DNA of 64,000 bases from a virus. Lineage: Duplodnaviria; Caudoviricetes. Location: positions 7,821-71,820 of the IMG/VR virus record IMGVR_UViG_3300021431_000115. One strand, written 5' to 3'. The notes beneath the pieces were generated by a model. It saw only the letters and a list, made by a program, of their open reading frames with translations. It had not been told where the DNA came from and made no database searches. Of the stretch, positions 22,101-31,800 are shown one piece after another (the first letter of the stretch is position 1; each line of letters starts with the position of its first letter). Both the position numbers and the translations under genes were made by a program.

Positions 22101-23491
22101 AGTCTATCAAAAAATGCACTATCACTTTTTGTTCCAAGAAGAACTCTACCATAATTCATTCCTTCTTCTTGTGCTATATAGTTAACTGCTTCCTCAACAC
22201 CTTCAGATAATTGTGCTCCAACAGCTATTCTACTTCCAATTACAGCATCTTCTATTTTTTCTCCAGCTTTTTTATACCATGGTCGTTTAGCTAATTTTTC
22301 AGCAACATTTTCTGCATCAACGCCTACATTTCGTAGTTGATTTAAATGAGCTCGTCTAATACTTGCTCTAGAAGGACCGTTCATAAAAGATTTAAAATCT
22401 CTAAGAGCATATAGCTGAGCAACATCAAAAACAACATTAGCCATGTCATCTTTGAAAGTTCGATTTGCACCAGCACTTGCTAATCGTTTAGCTACTGCAT
22501 CTTTGTCAGAAGTATCAACATCTTGTAGTTCATCAGCGTTTCTTTCAAGAAGATTATTATATTCTTGCTCATCCATCTGATAAAGTTTGTTTTTCATTTC
22601 AGGAAGCAAATCATTATAAACTTGATTAGCTTCTTGAAAATTTTCCATAACACGACTAGTAAGAGCTGTTATGCCGTGGTCTGCAAGTCTGTTACCAAAT
22701 TCAATACCTCTTTTGCTATTAGCCCATTTACTAAATCTAGACATTCCCTCTAGATTTTTCAGTGCAGTTTCAGCTTTAGCTATAGCAGCAGCATCACCTG
22801 AAGCTTTAGCAACATCAACAGCTTTTTCAAGTTTTCCGAGACCTGTAAGACCTTTACGTAAATTGCTTACTCCGTTAAATGCTTTTGTAGCTCTACCTAA
22901 ATACGAAAGTCCTTTAGTAACTCCAGTACTTGGTAAAAGCAGTGTAAGTGAACTAGCAACACTTGGAAAATTGCTAGCCCACCAACCAATATCTGTTAAA
23001 CCTCCATTACTAATATCAACTCCTGGAGTTTGATATATAGGAGCAACTTCATTTTTAAATTTTTCTTGCCATTCTCGAAGTTTAGCACTTACAGGATTAC
23101 TATAATCATCGTTAGGGTCAAATGCAGCACCAGTTATATAATCAAACAAATCAGCAAAACCTCGCAATGTACCAAGTCCTATTTCACTTACAACAGTTTG
23201 AGCAAGTGAATTTCTTATCTTAGCAAAAGCACTTTGATTGTCTGCTAATTCAGCTTGTTCATCCATTCCTTTATAGGGGGTTACACCAAGCTCTCTAACT
23301 TTTTTAGTGTCCCCCATTATAAAAGAATCATCTAAAGCGTTATGAACAACACCCCAACTACCTATTGTTTGATGATTATTAGGATTTTTATCTAATATGT
23401 ATTGTGGTTGTGGATTCTTTTTCTGTCTTTTATCATAATTAGGATTTGGAACAGTATATCCACCATAATTAAAAAATTGACCTACATCCAT
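16184..23491 (-). CDS. Large ejected cargo / RNAP-associated protein with C-terminal zincin-like metallopeptidase domain
   Basis: 2435 aa; HEHVH (HExxH) at 16958-16972 with downstream LEEFLVES; N-terminal Gly/Ala-rich hydrophobic segments; adjacent to vRNAP. Confidence 0.7.
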   Translation of the reverse strand: MDVGQFFNYGGYTVPNPNYDKRQKKNPQPQYILDKNPNNHQTIGSWGVVHNALDDSFIMGDTKKVRELGVTPYKGMDEQAELADNQSAFAKIRNSLAQTVVSEIGLGTLRGFADLFDYITGAAFDPNDDYSNPVSAKLREWQEKFKNEVAPIYQTPGVDISNGGLTDIGWWASNFPSVASSLTLLLPSTGVTKGLSYLGRATKAFNGVSNLRKGLTGLGKLEKAVDVAKASGDAAAIAKAETALKNLEGMSRFSKWANSKRGIEFGNRLADHGITALTSRVMENFQEANQVYNDLLPEMKNKLYQMDEQEYNNLLERNADELQDVDTSDKDAVAKRLASAGANRTFKDDMANVVFDVAQLYALRDFKSFMNGPSRASIRRAHLNQLRNVGVDAENVAEKLAKRPWYKKAGEKIEDAVIGSRIAVGAQLSEGVEEAVNYIAQEEGMNYGRVLLGTKSDSAFFDRLEKYMVAPQLYESAFWGVAGGVIFQAAGSKLNRLQNAYNYKQDQKARKNEDQEKTGEKDEVRTSWSEAFEHPEIKRRKNDINSRAQAIQNVKEKLHKIQDEKVDPFDNSENPRKLETAEEQQAAADRVYREFASNLLINSMFAGNYNMTKEYLASNNVKRWFVEQGVMSQEEADRRQREALNLADKIEVSFDGNMRILENAMHGKDDDTGIDFGKVPYDFYQIVAMQNMRHELNAETYDRIIDNYQPLINSEEERLAKEVKYQGVDFKNGIKAFILARELGEVEAQLQDAKKTKAEGRKGDIDNRTLVGQSMINKLETRKQVLEKMLGSYIEGDKMTSQQAKQLSILRAASATVINDQGEFSYDRNNDRYRAIDAAIIKANEITRNKKNGQDTSTEEEWGALMGSIFGDNNNKLTREQFDDVYYHSELFDELVGQALGSNGLISSLDDFSKDLLNAYSTVVYAEIGKQEELASIATGREQVQQLAHDEYNMMLTPDGGVDMRTILIEQATSTLKSIAKNKNEEFGDISKLLAYGTINKNQREQLKQILNDKELENYDSAMRILALSNTAKNPIKLQNSLLPRMVKKAIYWSMRDNFEDVVETTEDADETIDRERNENQQQSSTENQNPSDGTQNQPTNNPPQQLSQSNIEDPIDFVSYFSESARGEQLQKPFVHLTFDDNGKPNAAYKSNSEVAGPEAELIPVENSNDTFDLEFRNKVDDDLSGDVFGNEELFNGTQFRLQDGAVVTRLPRITLNNDGTIVEVIKGEIAIGQNPADLGQAPEQPQSPSTGEQGNQNEQPEDAPAEEEVKLGELQDEVIANFFDTVRTRFEANEEITDDIIKSAVSANFADKLTPEQFNAIWENFAEDRQDSYDSLNASPEEFEAVGDAMESAISDKQIGDTVSKQSAVILDEAFDKVLNNYIKHAYVNVIDGIPVVSLANLLTYCNEVAGNKLASDILYEYCARQLQARQVYILETLGGKELKRNKILQEAKSPVEESVDTSTNAIYFGGRTLDFTKVLKDTKDKKQLYKTIYNLKVGDTLTVDREENEHGKFLHFYSGNTMVGTITVPEQNATSYVFNLKGWVIDIPKSNDGSISAAESLFIKAIANPEGDPKFEEVKRAMFHAHNMSSQTPEYNQQLLNIMQALYNAEPSLTQYLNFDIFGDEHKYDKLRTAAKHLLSVYEGYLGRSSKWLQHRGMSEEEYRDQIRQRVVTSISDWFTKLAESAEAAHAIFNNPNATVTIKENNIGGLKETTVYRPVNQENVIGEVHKGEVFVAVKPFDTINKDNTINTGKLTLANGVQIPDDPYSAGNTKIAIRKPNGTFVFANAFPAHLDAQHLTGEPQQIVDEVFAELGRLMEDWAFNEHKSSENIYNFLSGLCHARNGNTPLFGGIKVSRMTGGKKGITISYVEEGKTKYINLYDESTYKGSKSLVSNIQYSGKQGHKFAARFQDESGRWIQADGQPHPLRKPWRRVNDVYANKFDENFEEFKNVLSKYMQFAIHPNHVNVAPFRGQYCSKRPDGSFVVSIPGGIEHVFTSYNDYIINNGLVTVNTIANKAGTNFTLPGENDGARTPKVHFDYSIQSSSTGGQNVQQAVVPNVQQSLGDEILSDIQQGENDDTVGKKILDKLLTASSLKTLKQSKIIGELSIKNIKFVKEYRKKNQPFGVYITQHKTIDGVQLNPGDIIVTQRWIDLINEDTQDAKDEAVRHLVHEHVHKYLRTLPDAKRKELFDELRSIFNDFVEANNNEGLEKTADSVREFEYDRTAEQQQKYRNADGTINDIGLEEFLVESLTRPKLIKRLNEIQADGKKITKQKFGNIRKGTLFQRILAAIAKAFGLGNLNRGSLLEKEYKLFEQIADGTIQKQSTTNANANKQLTINFEKPLVQTSPPIDKHDNTPASQGNNISPEVPFKEPTESGEVYDELDDFENPYDNESAIGDNEISSLAQIRDTIIPENRKTFEHLVQESAIEIEC

Positions 23492-23494
23492 AGT

Positions 23495-25516
23495 TTATTT
23501 GTCTTCTTGATCTAATTGTAATCTATCATTAGTTTTAGCTTTTATATAAGCCATAAGTTTATCATACTCTCTTTTTATAAAAGTTTTCTGATTGGTAGTA
23601 TCATATCCTAATTCATCACCTCTTTCTGCCATTTCCATTTCTTGTGGATAAAGTTCCATTAATGCGGCGTTTACAACTTGGTCTAATTGTTTATCTAAAT
23701 TAGGATTACCTCTAAATTGTCCATTAGGATCATACATAGAATTAACAGCATAATCGACAGCATCATTTATATTCATTTTCTTATTTAGATAAGAATAAGC
23801 AGCTTGTTTAGATATTGGTTCTTCTCTGTATAAACCTTCTGAATTAGTTGTAACTAAAACTAAATTATTTCTATCCGTAGAAGCATTACCATAAGTATCA
23901 TAAACAATAGCTGGTTGAATATATTGTTTAACACCTGATTCAGTAGATACATTTATAGGTTGACCATCTAATAAACAATCATTTATTTCATGAATAGCTC
24001 TATATTCATGACTTTGTCTATATTTCTCAGTCATCGGAGTGTTAATAAAGTTTTTAATGAATATTTGCCTTCTAGCACCTCCGATTGTTTGCATACCTTC
24101 TTTTTTTATAATATCTGGAGAAATAGTTATGAGTATACCATCTCCTCCTGCAGCAACAGCATAATTGACATCACGAGATACATCTAAAGTGCCTCTAGCA
24201 ATATTCCCGCTTATTTCATTTATTATTGCTTGTCTATCTTTTGCATCTGTTACTTTACTTAAAGTATATGCATCATCTTCAGAAGGATCAGCACCTTCTT
24301 CAACAGCATAAATAGCGTTATTTAAATATCCTCCAGTATCATTAGCTAATTTAGCAATAATAGCTTCATCTAATTGTTGTTTTCCTAATTTATATTGTTC
24401 ATTAGTTATATAACCATTAGATAAATCTTTTAATAACTGACCATGCTCCATAGTAGGCATACCAGAAAATATTTTAATATCAGTAGTAATATTATCATTT
24501 TCTTGAGGATTAAGAAAATTTTTATGAATTTGTTCAGCATCATTATATACAGCCATCAGATTATCTAGTGATTCTCTACTATTAAAAAGTTCAGAATTAA
24601 TTCCAATTTTATTAGTAGCAAACTCAGATAGACCTCCAAAAATATCCATAGCTTTATTTGTAACACTTCCTATTAATCCAGGAATAGTAAAACGTGAAGC
24701 AATAGATGCTCTATTCATAGCACTTTCTAATTGTTCTATGTCTTCTTGAGACATACCTTGATTTTTAGCTTGTTCTATAACTTCAGCAGAATTACTAAAT
24801 ATACCGTCACTAGCAGAAGATAATAACTCTCCTACCATATGTTCATTTTTAAATTCCCACCTCATTTTAGAACTTGCTCCAGGTGATAATTCTCCATTTA
24901 TAGTATCATGATTTGTATCGGTACTATTGAGAGCTTTCATTATACGCAGAGCATTTTTATAATCTCCTGTGTTAGAAATAGACATAGTATATCTACCATC
25001 ATTTCCTATTTCATAAGATATTCCCAAATCAGCTAATTGTTGATTGAAACTATCTGAATCTTTATCTATTCCTAAGTTATGAATAAATAAATCCCATCCA
25101 TCATCTTTATACTCGTCACTATCTTTACTTAACCAATCTATGCCAAGAAAATAATTCTTATGTACTTTAGAATCAAATACTATAGGTTGTCTAGTTAAAG
25201 AATCCATAAAAGTTTTATAAGAAGAAACAAATCGTTTAGCATAATTATTTCCACTATTAGCTAGATTTTCAACGTTTGCACCTTCATTTACAGCTTCCAT
25301 AAATTTGAAAGCCTCTACAGCTTGAGGATTATTTTTACTATAGTAATCTAATTTATCTTTTTTCCTTTCTAAAGATGATACAACATTATTTATAAATGTT
25401 CTATCTTCTTCAGTTTCAAATTTAAATTGTCGCATATAATTTATAGCTCCATCATAATCATAATTATTTATATAGGAATGATATAATTCACTATCATAAT
25501 CTTTTTTTGTAAGCAT
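23495..25516 (-). CDS. Putative virion cargo (ejection) protein
   Basis: 673-aa ORF, tightly packed in the cargo cluster; no recognisable catalytic motif. Confidence 0.55.
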   Translation of the reverse strand: MLTKKDYDSELYHSYINNYDYDGAINYMRQFKFETEEDRTFINNVVSSLERKKDKLDYYSKNNPQAVEAFKFMEAVNEGANVENLANSGNNYAKRFVSSYKTFMDSLTRQPIVFDSKVHKNYFLGIDWLSKDSDEYKDDGWDLFIHNLGIDKDSDSFNQQLADLGISYEIGNDGRYTMSISNTGDYKNALRIMKALNSTDTNHDTINGELSPGASSKMRWEFKNEHMVGELLSSASDGIFSNSAEVIEQAKNQGMSQEDIEQLESAMNRASIASRFTIPGLIGSVTNKAMDIFGGLSEFATNKIGINSELFNSRESLDNLMAVYNDAEQIHKNFLNPQENDNITTDIKIFSGMPTMEHGQLLKDLSNGYITNEQYKLGKQQLDEAIIAKLANDTGGYLNNAIYAVEEGADPSEDDAYTLSKVTDAKDRQAIINEISGNIARGTLDVSRDVNYAVAAGGDGILITISPDIIKKEGMQTIGGARRQIFIKNFINTPMTEKYRQSHEYRAIHEINDCLLDGQPINVSTESGVKQYIQPAIVYDTYGNASTDRNNLVLVTTNSEGLYREEPISKQAAYSYLNKKMNINDAVDYAVNSMYDPNGQFRGNPNLDKQLDQVVNAALMELYPQEMEMAERGDELGYDTTNQKTFIKREYDKLMAYIKAKTNDRLQLDQEDK

Positions 25517-25553
25517 ATAAGTACAATTTATAATTATTTTTTTTTAATTTATT

Positions 25554-26864
25554 TTACTTTTTTACTTTACTTTTATCTATCCCAAAGTAAGCATCAACAT
25601 CAGTTCCAGTAACATCATGATATGTTTTAGATACCATTTCATATGCTTGTGCTTCTGTATAACCTTGACTCATAAGAGAAGAAACTCCTTCGAATACATA
25701 ACCCATTACAGCTTGACCTTTAGCTGCGTCATTTGATGCAGCTGCTGCTTTTGCTGCTGCATCTTCAGCTAATTTACGTTGTTTTTCTTGCCATAATCTA
25801 CCTCCATAAGTTCCTTGGTCATATACAGTAGCTGATTGATTACTAGATTTAGTTATATCTGAAGTGTTAGTATACGCAATACTTTCAAGTTGTGAATTAG
25901 TTAATCTTCTAAAATATTCAGCATAATTTACTTCTCCTCCAGCACCATCATCTAAAAAGGAATACCTATCTACTTCTGCTTTAGCTTGTTTATAATTGGA
26001 ATCTGAAGGATTCATCTTAGCTAATCGTTCTTTAGCTTTATTTCTAAAATATTTATCATTTTCAAAAAGTTGTACGATTTGTCTTTCATGAGCCATAATA
26101 TACGCTTCTCTATTATTCTTTAAAGCCTTAAGGTCAAGTTTCGTACTTTGTCTAGTTCTTCCACTCATAGAAGAAGAAGAAGATTGTCTATTTATACCAT
26201 TTAAATCGGTATTATTTGTAGAAGTTCCAACGGTATTATCAGTTCCTACAGTATGTGTTTCAGGATTAGCAATACCTGCTATTTCAGTTATAGCCTGTGC
26301 TATATTAATATCATCTACAACTAAGTCACCATAAATACTATTGAAGGTGTCATCTTTTAATCCCCAAGAACCGTCATCTAAACTTTGATCTGGATCATAT
26401 TTATGAGTTTCTATCCAACGTTGTTTTGTTTCAGGATTAAGATTCTTATTATTTTGTATTTCACTTAATTTTGTTTTAAACTGATTATAATGTTCTTTAC
26501 GTTTTAAATACTCAGGGTCTTTAGTTATTTTGGCTCCAAGTTCATTAGCTACTCTCATAGCTTCTCCATAATTACCAGAATTAGATAAAGCATCTATTTG
26601 AGCTCTATATTTTCCAAACCAATTATCAAACCAAGCATTAGTTTTATCGTCATTACTTAAATCTTTTTTTAAATCAGCTGAAACTTTTTCTATATTTGTT
26701 GTAGCAGCATTAGCTTGATTTACTCTATTTTCATATTGGTGTAAAGACTGTTGAGCAATAGAAGCCTCAGGAGCTTCAAATTTGAGCTCTTGAGGCTTAA
26801 AAACAGTACCACTAAAATTAACTTGTGGTATATTAAATTGATTATATTGACTATACGTTGGCAT
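25554..26864 (-). CDS. Putative virion cargo (ejection) protein
   Basis: 436 aa, helical with Ser/Thr-rich segment; synteny between cargo protein 1 and the large cargo genes. Confidence 0.55.
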   Translation of the reverse strand: MPTYSQYNQFNIPQVNFSGTVFKPQELKFEAPEASIAQQSLHQYENRVNQANAATTNIEKVSADLKKDLSNDDKTNAWFDNWFGKYRAQIDALSNSGNYGEAMRVANELGAKITKDPEYLKRKEHYNQFKTKLSEIQNNKNLNPETKQRWIETHKYDPDQSLDDGSWGLKDDTFNSIYGDLVVDDINIAQAITEIAGIANPETHTVGTDNTVGTSTNNTDLNGINRQSSSSSMSGRTRQSTKLDLKALKNNREAYIMAHERQIVQLFENDKYFRNKAKERLAKMNPSDSNYKQAKAEVDRYSFLDDGAGGEVNYAEYFRRLTNSQLESIAYTNTSDITKSSNQSATVYDQGTYGGRLWQEKQRKLAEDAAAKAAAASNDAAKGQAVMGYVFEGVSSLMSQGYTEAQAYEMVSKTYHDVTGTDVDAYFGIDKSKVKK

Positions 26865-26870
26865 AAGTTA

Positions 26871-28859
26871 TTAATCTTCAAATGTTAAATACTCTGGATA
26901 ATATCTTCGTAATATAGTAGCACTAGCATTGTCACCCATAGCTTTAAATGCTCTATAATTTTCCAATATAGCTTGTTTACTAGGATTTCCAATAAGTAAT
27001 TGTCTTAATGCTGCAGGATTATCTGCTCCAGCTAATGCTCGTCTATATTCTTGGTCAGCTTTATATTGAGTTTGCCATGCATTATAGTAATTGTTAGTTA
27101 TAGCATTAAGAGTATTAGCACCTGATTGGCCAGTAGCAGTATAAGCATTAGCTTTAGCACTAGCTCTATTAATACCCATTTGGGATTGAGCATTAGCTGC
27201 ACCAAGAATACGTTCATTAGCGATATCGTTATTATATTTGGCTATATCTGCTCTGATATTTGCAAGACTTTGTCTAAGTTGATTAGAAGCTTGAACATTT
27301 CTAGCAGCAGCATCATTAATCATTTGATTATTCTTTTGCTTTATATCTTCCTCTCTATTAGCTTGATCTGCATAAACTTTACTACGATTTTCTTGAGCTG
27401 TTTGTTCTATAGTAGCATTTCTATTTAAACGAGCAGCTGAACTAAGAGTATTATTACCTACTGCTCGTTGTTGTCTTAATACACTTCTATTTATATCTTG
27501 TAACTGTGGATTGACATTCACATTAGCAGAACGAATTGCAGGTAAATAATTAGCAGAACGCCATTGAGTAATATCATTTAAACCTAAAGTATCTGGGTCT
27601 ATTTGTTGTAACCTACCATAAGCATTACTCATTATATCTGCTGCTCTACTATAAGCATTTGATAATTTATGTTGACCCATTAAATTGCCTACATAATTTA
27701 CTCCTGCTCCTAAAAGATTTGCACCAGTACTAATAGCTAAAGCACCATTTGGAGAATTCCAAAAATTAGATTTAGAAGAAACTGGAGAATTGTTTAAAGT
27801 AGTAGTTACTTCTATATCTATAGGATTGGCAGAAGATGCGTTATTTTGAGCAATAGGTAATTGTTCGTTATTTAAACCTCTAAAAGATGCTATTGGCTTA
27901 ATATCAGTATCAAGTGTTGTATTTTTAGGAGTTGTAATACCTCCACCCATAAGATAATAAGCAGTGTCTGCCACATTAGGCCAAAAATGTATACCATCGT
28001 ACCAAGTATCTCCACCATCAGGTCTTTTAACTCTACCACCACATCTTAATCTTTTAGCAAAACTAGCTTTTCTTCTTTTTGCAGCTTCTTGTATATTATA
28101 AGCATCTACAGGATGAACACCTCGATTGATTAGTCCAGCAGGATTAATACCGTTAATAGTATGCTTAGAAATAAAATACCCGTTATCTGGAGTTACAAGA
28201 AGATATTCTCCTTGACCAGTACTTTGATTTCCTTCTCCTTCAACTATACCACCATTAGCAAATCTAAATCCTACACCGCTCTTATATTTACCACCACGAG
28301 TTTTATGTTTATGCTCATGATTATCACCGAGAATCTCATAAAGGTCATAACCTTCAGGAGTGCTGCCTTGATAGGCAACACCTCCACCATCAGTAACTTC
28401 GAAAGGCATATTATAGCCCCCCGTTAGAGGAACTGTGGGATTATACCCACCATTCCTCATTCTTTTCTTAATATTACCACCTCGTTTTACCATAACTCTT
28501 CCTTCAGCATCACGTTCTTTTTTCGATTCATTAGCTGCTATTCTTTCAAGGTTCATTTGATTAGCAGAAATAGAATCTGCTATTTTATTAGTTGTTTCTT
28601 GTTGTAATTGTACGTTTTTTTCTTGAAGCCTATTATCATTTTCGTTTCGTTGTTGTAAAGCTTCAGCATTACGTGTAGCTTGGTCTTGAATAGACTCAGC
28701 CTGTCTTTCAGCAGCAGCAGCTTGTGCAGCAGCTTGAATACCTGCAGCAGTTAAAGTAGCTCCAGCTTGAATACCTGCAGCAGTTATATTAGAAGCAGAT
28801 TCGAGTAAGCCAAAAAAAGCTTTAGGTCTAACATTTCTTAATTTACGTCTTTTTGCCAT
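26871..28859 (-). CDS. Cargo protein 1-like internal virion protein
   Basis: 662 aa, directly downstream of the muzzle; Ala/Gln-rich coils, basic xxGG motifs (KRGG, RNGG, RCGG) and VEGEG...GEYL segment typical of crAss cargo proteins. Confidence 0.65.
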   Translation of the reverse strand: MAKRRKLRNVRPKAFFGLLESASNITAAGIQAGATLTAAGIQAAAQAAAAERQAESIQDQATRNAEALQQRNENDNRLQEKNVQLQQETTNKIADSISANQMNLERIAANESKKERDAEGRVMVKRGGNIKKRMRNGGYNPTVPLTGGYNMPFEVTDGGGVAYQGSTPEGYDLYEILGDNHEHKHKTRGGKYKSGVGFRFANGGIVEGEGNQSTGQGEYLLVTPDNGYFISKHTINGINPAGLINRGVHPVDAYNIQEAAKRRKASFAKRLRCGGRVKRPDGGDTWYDGIHFWPNVADTAYYLMGGGITTPKNTTLDTDIKPIASFRGLNNEQLPIAQNNASSANPIDIEVTTTLNNSPVSSKSNFWNSPNGALAISTGANLLGAGVNYVGNLMGQHKLSNAYSRAADIMSNAYGRLQQIDPDTLGLNDITQWRSANYLPAIRSANVNVNPQLQDINRSVLRQQRAVGNNTLSSAARLNRNATIEQTAQENRSKVYADQANREEDIKQKNNQMINDAAARNVQASNQLRQSLANIRADIAKYNNDIANERILGAANAQSQMGINRASAKANAYTATGQSGANTLNAITNNYYNAWQTQYKADQEYRRALAGADNPAALRQLLIGNPSKQAILENYRAFKAMGDNASATILRRYYPEYLTFED

Positions 28860-28860
28860 A

Positions 28861-31800
28861 TTATTTATAAGGAGTTGTTATAAACATTACATTTTCTAAT
28901 TTAAAATTAACTCTATTGCTTAATATAAATCGTCCAACAAAATACCTACCATATATTAATGATTTATTATCTGCTTGTGGATGTCTGTCTACAATACCTT
29001 GACTTGTTTCAACATAGGTATAAACATCAGTCTTATATGGTTCTGGATTTTCAGGACTATTTATTACAAGCGGAGCATTGTTTAGTATATTTCTAAAATA
29101 GTTAAAACTATAACTTCCTAAATTGAATCTAGGATACTTATAAGCATTCTCACCAGTTATTTTATGACTATCATCTCTATATAGTTCTTCTACTTCTACA
29201 CCATCTTCAGTTTTATATATAGAATAGTCATTTGCTCTAGTATTGATATAATTCAAAGCTGTAGAAGCTAAATCACTATATATTCGAAGCCATTCACCAG
29301 AATAAGGAACACAAAATTCTTCAGCCATAAAAGGTTTTAGTATTACCTTTTCAGCATTAGGCATACGTTCAGATATTTTCCAAGTATTACCATATTCTTC
29401 TATAGCTTTACAAACCCATTGAATAGATTCTAATACTTTAGGTTGTTGATACTGGTCATTATATATTACATCTAAAATAGCAGCACGTACATAATGTCCA
29501 TCTATTTTATCTGTAACTCTATATGGAAATAATCTATCGTCTTTATCTAGTCCTTTATAACCTATAGCTTCATCATCAACAACATAAATATCTTTGTCAT
29601 TAAGAAAATAACATTTATCCTTTGTAGTTATACTATAATCGTAATCAAAATCATGTAAACTAACAAAGGAATTAACTCTTATGTTATAACTCAATGTTAC
29701 AAAGTAACCATTATTAAGTTTTAAATTAATAAATAATCTATCATTATAAAAGTCACAAGCAAAATCTATATTAACAACAGTAGCAAAGTTCATCAATTTC
29801 TCTATAGGGGAGCTTAATTCTCCTAATTTGTTATCACCGCTGTAGCCATATATAATATTAGAATCAGCGTCATAAAAGAAATATCCTGCTTGAGTGACAA
29901 TAGAATTACGTTTATTTTGAAGACCTCCATAACCATATTGAGAACCAAACATTTCTTGAATACCAGATTCAAATGGTTGATTTTCTTTCAATGCTACATC
30001 TTCACCTCCATTAGCAGTTATCGTATTACTACCAGCAAATTTAAATATTGCATCTTGAGTATGAACAATAATTGCTTCGCCAGAAGCTACAAGATTAACA
30101 ATTTTACCTTTATTAGTAGGAATATTATAATAATCTCCAGTTTCAAATCTATATATATTTACACTAGCTTCATCTCCTTCAAGTTTACTACTTCTAACAG
30201 TATTATCAAATTTAATAAGGCTTTTATTATCGGTCTTATAAAAATATCTTTTTGAATAAGACCTATACATAGATTTTAATTCGTATATATCTGAAAGTTG
30301 AACACTACTGATAGCTACTATTGCAGCAGTAGATTCTTGCATATAATCATAATCATTAGTCTTAACTTTTGCAATGACGTCTAAAGTTAAAGAGAGGTAA
30401 TTCAGATTAAAATCAGAATAAACAAGAAATTCAGGAGAACTATTATACGAACCCCAAATATCATAAGTTACATCTTTTGCATCTAATATTATAGCATTAT
30501 GATTTATTGTTTTTGCAAATACTTCTGTATCAGAATAATAATAATCTATGCAATCATTAAGTTTTCTAACATGACATAAATAACCTAAAAGATTTAAATC
30601 GTTTTTATCATTGTAACTATCTGTATTAAAGAAAGGAGTACACTTAGTTAATTTAGTATCATCAGAATTACTAGTATAGTCTAACTTTAAATATGCGTAA
30701 CTATCTAATCCAGTAGGAAAATGTCCTGGGTCAGAATATACAACTTTACCATTAGAACCAAATAATTCTAAATATGTACTATCAAAACTGCCATGATAAC
30801 TTCCAATTACAGAAGCCCATCCGTTTCTAACAATAGGAAGATTTGTTACTGGAGATACAAGTCTAGCATCCAAATCAATACAATTTGCACACAATGCATC
30901 AACACTATCTATCTGAACTCCAGGAATAGTTTTTATATCAAATAAAGTTGCAAGTTTGGTTTTGTAATGTTGAATAGAAATAAAACATGAATCATAACCT
31001 GCAGGATAATAAACATGACTAAAACTTGGATATATAATTTTATTAGGTGGTTCTTCACCTATAGTAATTCCGTCTTTATCTCCTATTTGATAGCCATTAG
31101 TAATCTCACCATTTTTATTCATATAATGAATGAAAAATTTATAAGTCTGATATGGCAATAATGTAGTTAAATTACTAATAGTTTCATTAATAGTTATAAA
31201 TGAAGGTGTTTGAGAACTTGGAGTAAATCGTAAACCTGAAAAATCTTCAATAACTTCTAATTGTATCTCATACACATCTCCAGTGTATACAGCATTTGTT
31301 GGAACTCTAGTAATACCTTCTGCGCTATATATATCGCTAGCATATCCAGCTGCATCAGTTTCTAGAGCTTTACCATCTTTTATTTTAGCTATATACCAAA
31401 ATTTCTTTTCATGCCAATTAGTAATATTTAATGTCTTAGTAACACCATTTATAGTAGCTACACTATTAGCAAATATATGATTTAATACATCATCAATATA
31501 TTCAGAAAATTCTACACCTCCAGATATATCTGTAATAGTAGTAAGATTTGGAATATAATTATTTAATGCCCAAGTTTTATATCCGTTATAAGTACGTAAA
31601 TGTGCTCGTTTTTGAACTGAATCGGTAACATCTGCACCACCAGCTAAATTTAAGCCAGCATTTAGAGCATTAGCAAAACCTTTATAAGTGTCGTTACTAT
31701 TATAAGTATATCCACAATACATAAACTTTTGTGAATCATCACTTCCTAAATGTATAGGATATTTATTATACGTAATAAGTTGTTTAATAAAAGCAAATTC